Positions 63,498 through 64,000 of a stretch of 64,000 nt of DNA are shown piece after piece; the first letter of the stretch is position 1, and each line of letters begins with the position of its first letter. The stretch covers positions 168 to 64,167 of the forward strand of contig JAFTRA010000035.1 in assembly GCA_017462485.1 (NCBI GenBank). Direction: 5' to 3'. This DNA comes from Clostridia bacterium. GTDB taxonomy: Bacteria > Bacillota > Clostridia > Oscillospirales > CAG-272. The notes beneath the pieces are model-generated. The model was not told the origin of the DNA, searched no databases, and saw only the letters and a program-made list of their open reading frames with translations. A program made the position numbers and the translations under genes.

Positions 63498-64000
63498 TTA
63501 CGCTTCCGTATTTTCTTTCTTCACGAGAATAAGCTCACGCGCGTAAGGAAGATTCTCAATGGCCTCACAAAGTGTGTGCCACTCCGCAAGCTTATGGTGA
63601 CGGCGCGCGTAATAGATATTGATAAGCACCTCGTAATTAAGCGTCACCGTGCGGAGCTGATTGAACGACGAGGGCAAAAGCTGAATCATATTATGCCAAG
63701 CGCTCTTATCCTTCGTCTCGTTGAACTTCACTCTTTCGGTCTCAAGGAAGCTTATGAGATTATCAAGGACCGCAAGAGCCTCATCGGTAAGTCTATCGCA
63801 GGAGAAATCATCTCTTCCAAATTCCTTTGCCTGAATCTTATGCATAGTAGAGCAGGAATTGGCAACCGTTCCAACCTTATAGGTATCGAACTCCTTCCAC
63901 CAATAAAGCGGCGCCGTTATATCCATTGACACCATTATCTGACGAAGGAACTTCCTGTGGTCACTGCCCGCAACCGCAAGACGTCTTGCAAGAGAGAGGT
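63498..64000 (-). CDS. 3' part of a CDS continuing beyond the window; ThyX-fold-like protein lacking the ThyX RHRxxS motif (tentative)
   Basis: The minus-strand frame stays open upstream of the listed Met to the window edge (..LARRLAVAGSDHRKFLRQIMVSMDITAP..). The pattern of conserved positions resembles ThyX (LP...T...N...L...R...AEW), but RHR is replaced by TYK. Confidence 0.35.
   Translation of the reverse strand, partial: LSLARRLAVAGSDHRKFLRQIMVSMDITAPLYWWKEFDTYKVGTVANSCSTMHKIQAKEFGRDDFSCDRLTDEALAVLDNLISFLETERVKFNETKDKSAWHNMIQLLPSSFNQLRTVTLNYEVLINIYYARRHHKLAEWHTLCEAIENLPYARELILVKKENTEA

Noticed and set aside
1-64000. Search for rRNA, tRNA, tmRNA, CRISPR arrays, transposases or IS elements, and known defence genes (RM, Abi, TA, CBASS, retron-type RT)
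   Set aside because: I saw no regularly spaced repeats, no GGTTCGAATCC-type T-arm in non-coding DNA, and no transposase or RT motifs in any ORF translation. This is a visual scan only, so short or degenerate elements could be missed.

Overview
The window looks like a Firmicutes/Clostridia chromosome (Oscillospiraceae/Ruminococcaceae-like), judged from moderate GC, AGGAGG-type RBSs, gene content and ATGA-coupled operons. All product calls come from motifs read by eye in the ORF translations. No database search was run. Most of the window is core genome. It holds a carbohydrate-esterase cluster (two SGNH, a CE15-like, a CE4, a GDPD). It also holds an ASCH-HAD fusion with a FEN-type 5'-3' exonuclease, BspA-type LRR surface proteins, and a large glycosidase-like gene coupled to an M16 peptidase. 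Other core genes include acyl-CoA synthetase, an rRNA m5C methyltransferase, a parvulin PPIase, YlmH and an MBOAT/DltD-like surface O-acylation operon. The list continues with pcrA, ygiQ, mrnC-hisS, yggS-sepF-lspA-rluD, an amino-acid ABC transporter, an ABC-F ATPase, an MFS transporter and pth-mfd. The main non-core feature is a 14.5-kb co-directional phage-like cluster at 41873-56352. It encodes TerS, TerL, portal, scaffold, major capsid, fibre-like proteins and three terminal membrane proteins. I could recognise no integrase, repressor, replication, tape-measure or endolysin gene in it or in its housekeeping flanks. It has its own promoter-like signal, is insulated by terminators, and every ORF looks intact. 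I propose it as a domesticated, GTA-like or other phage-derived particle locus rather than a normal prophage. This is a hypothesis. Secondary observations include a cluster of five DnaA-box-like motifs in inverted arrangement upstream of pcrA. The MBOAT operon has two paralogous DltD/SGNH-like partners fused to adhesin-type domains. There are also several degenerate or fused enzymes. I recognised no rRNA, tRNA or CRISPR array.
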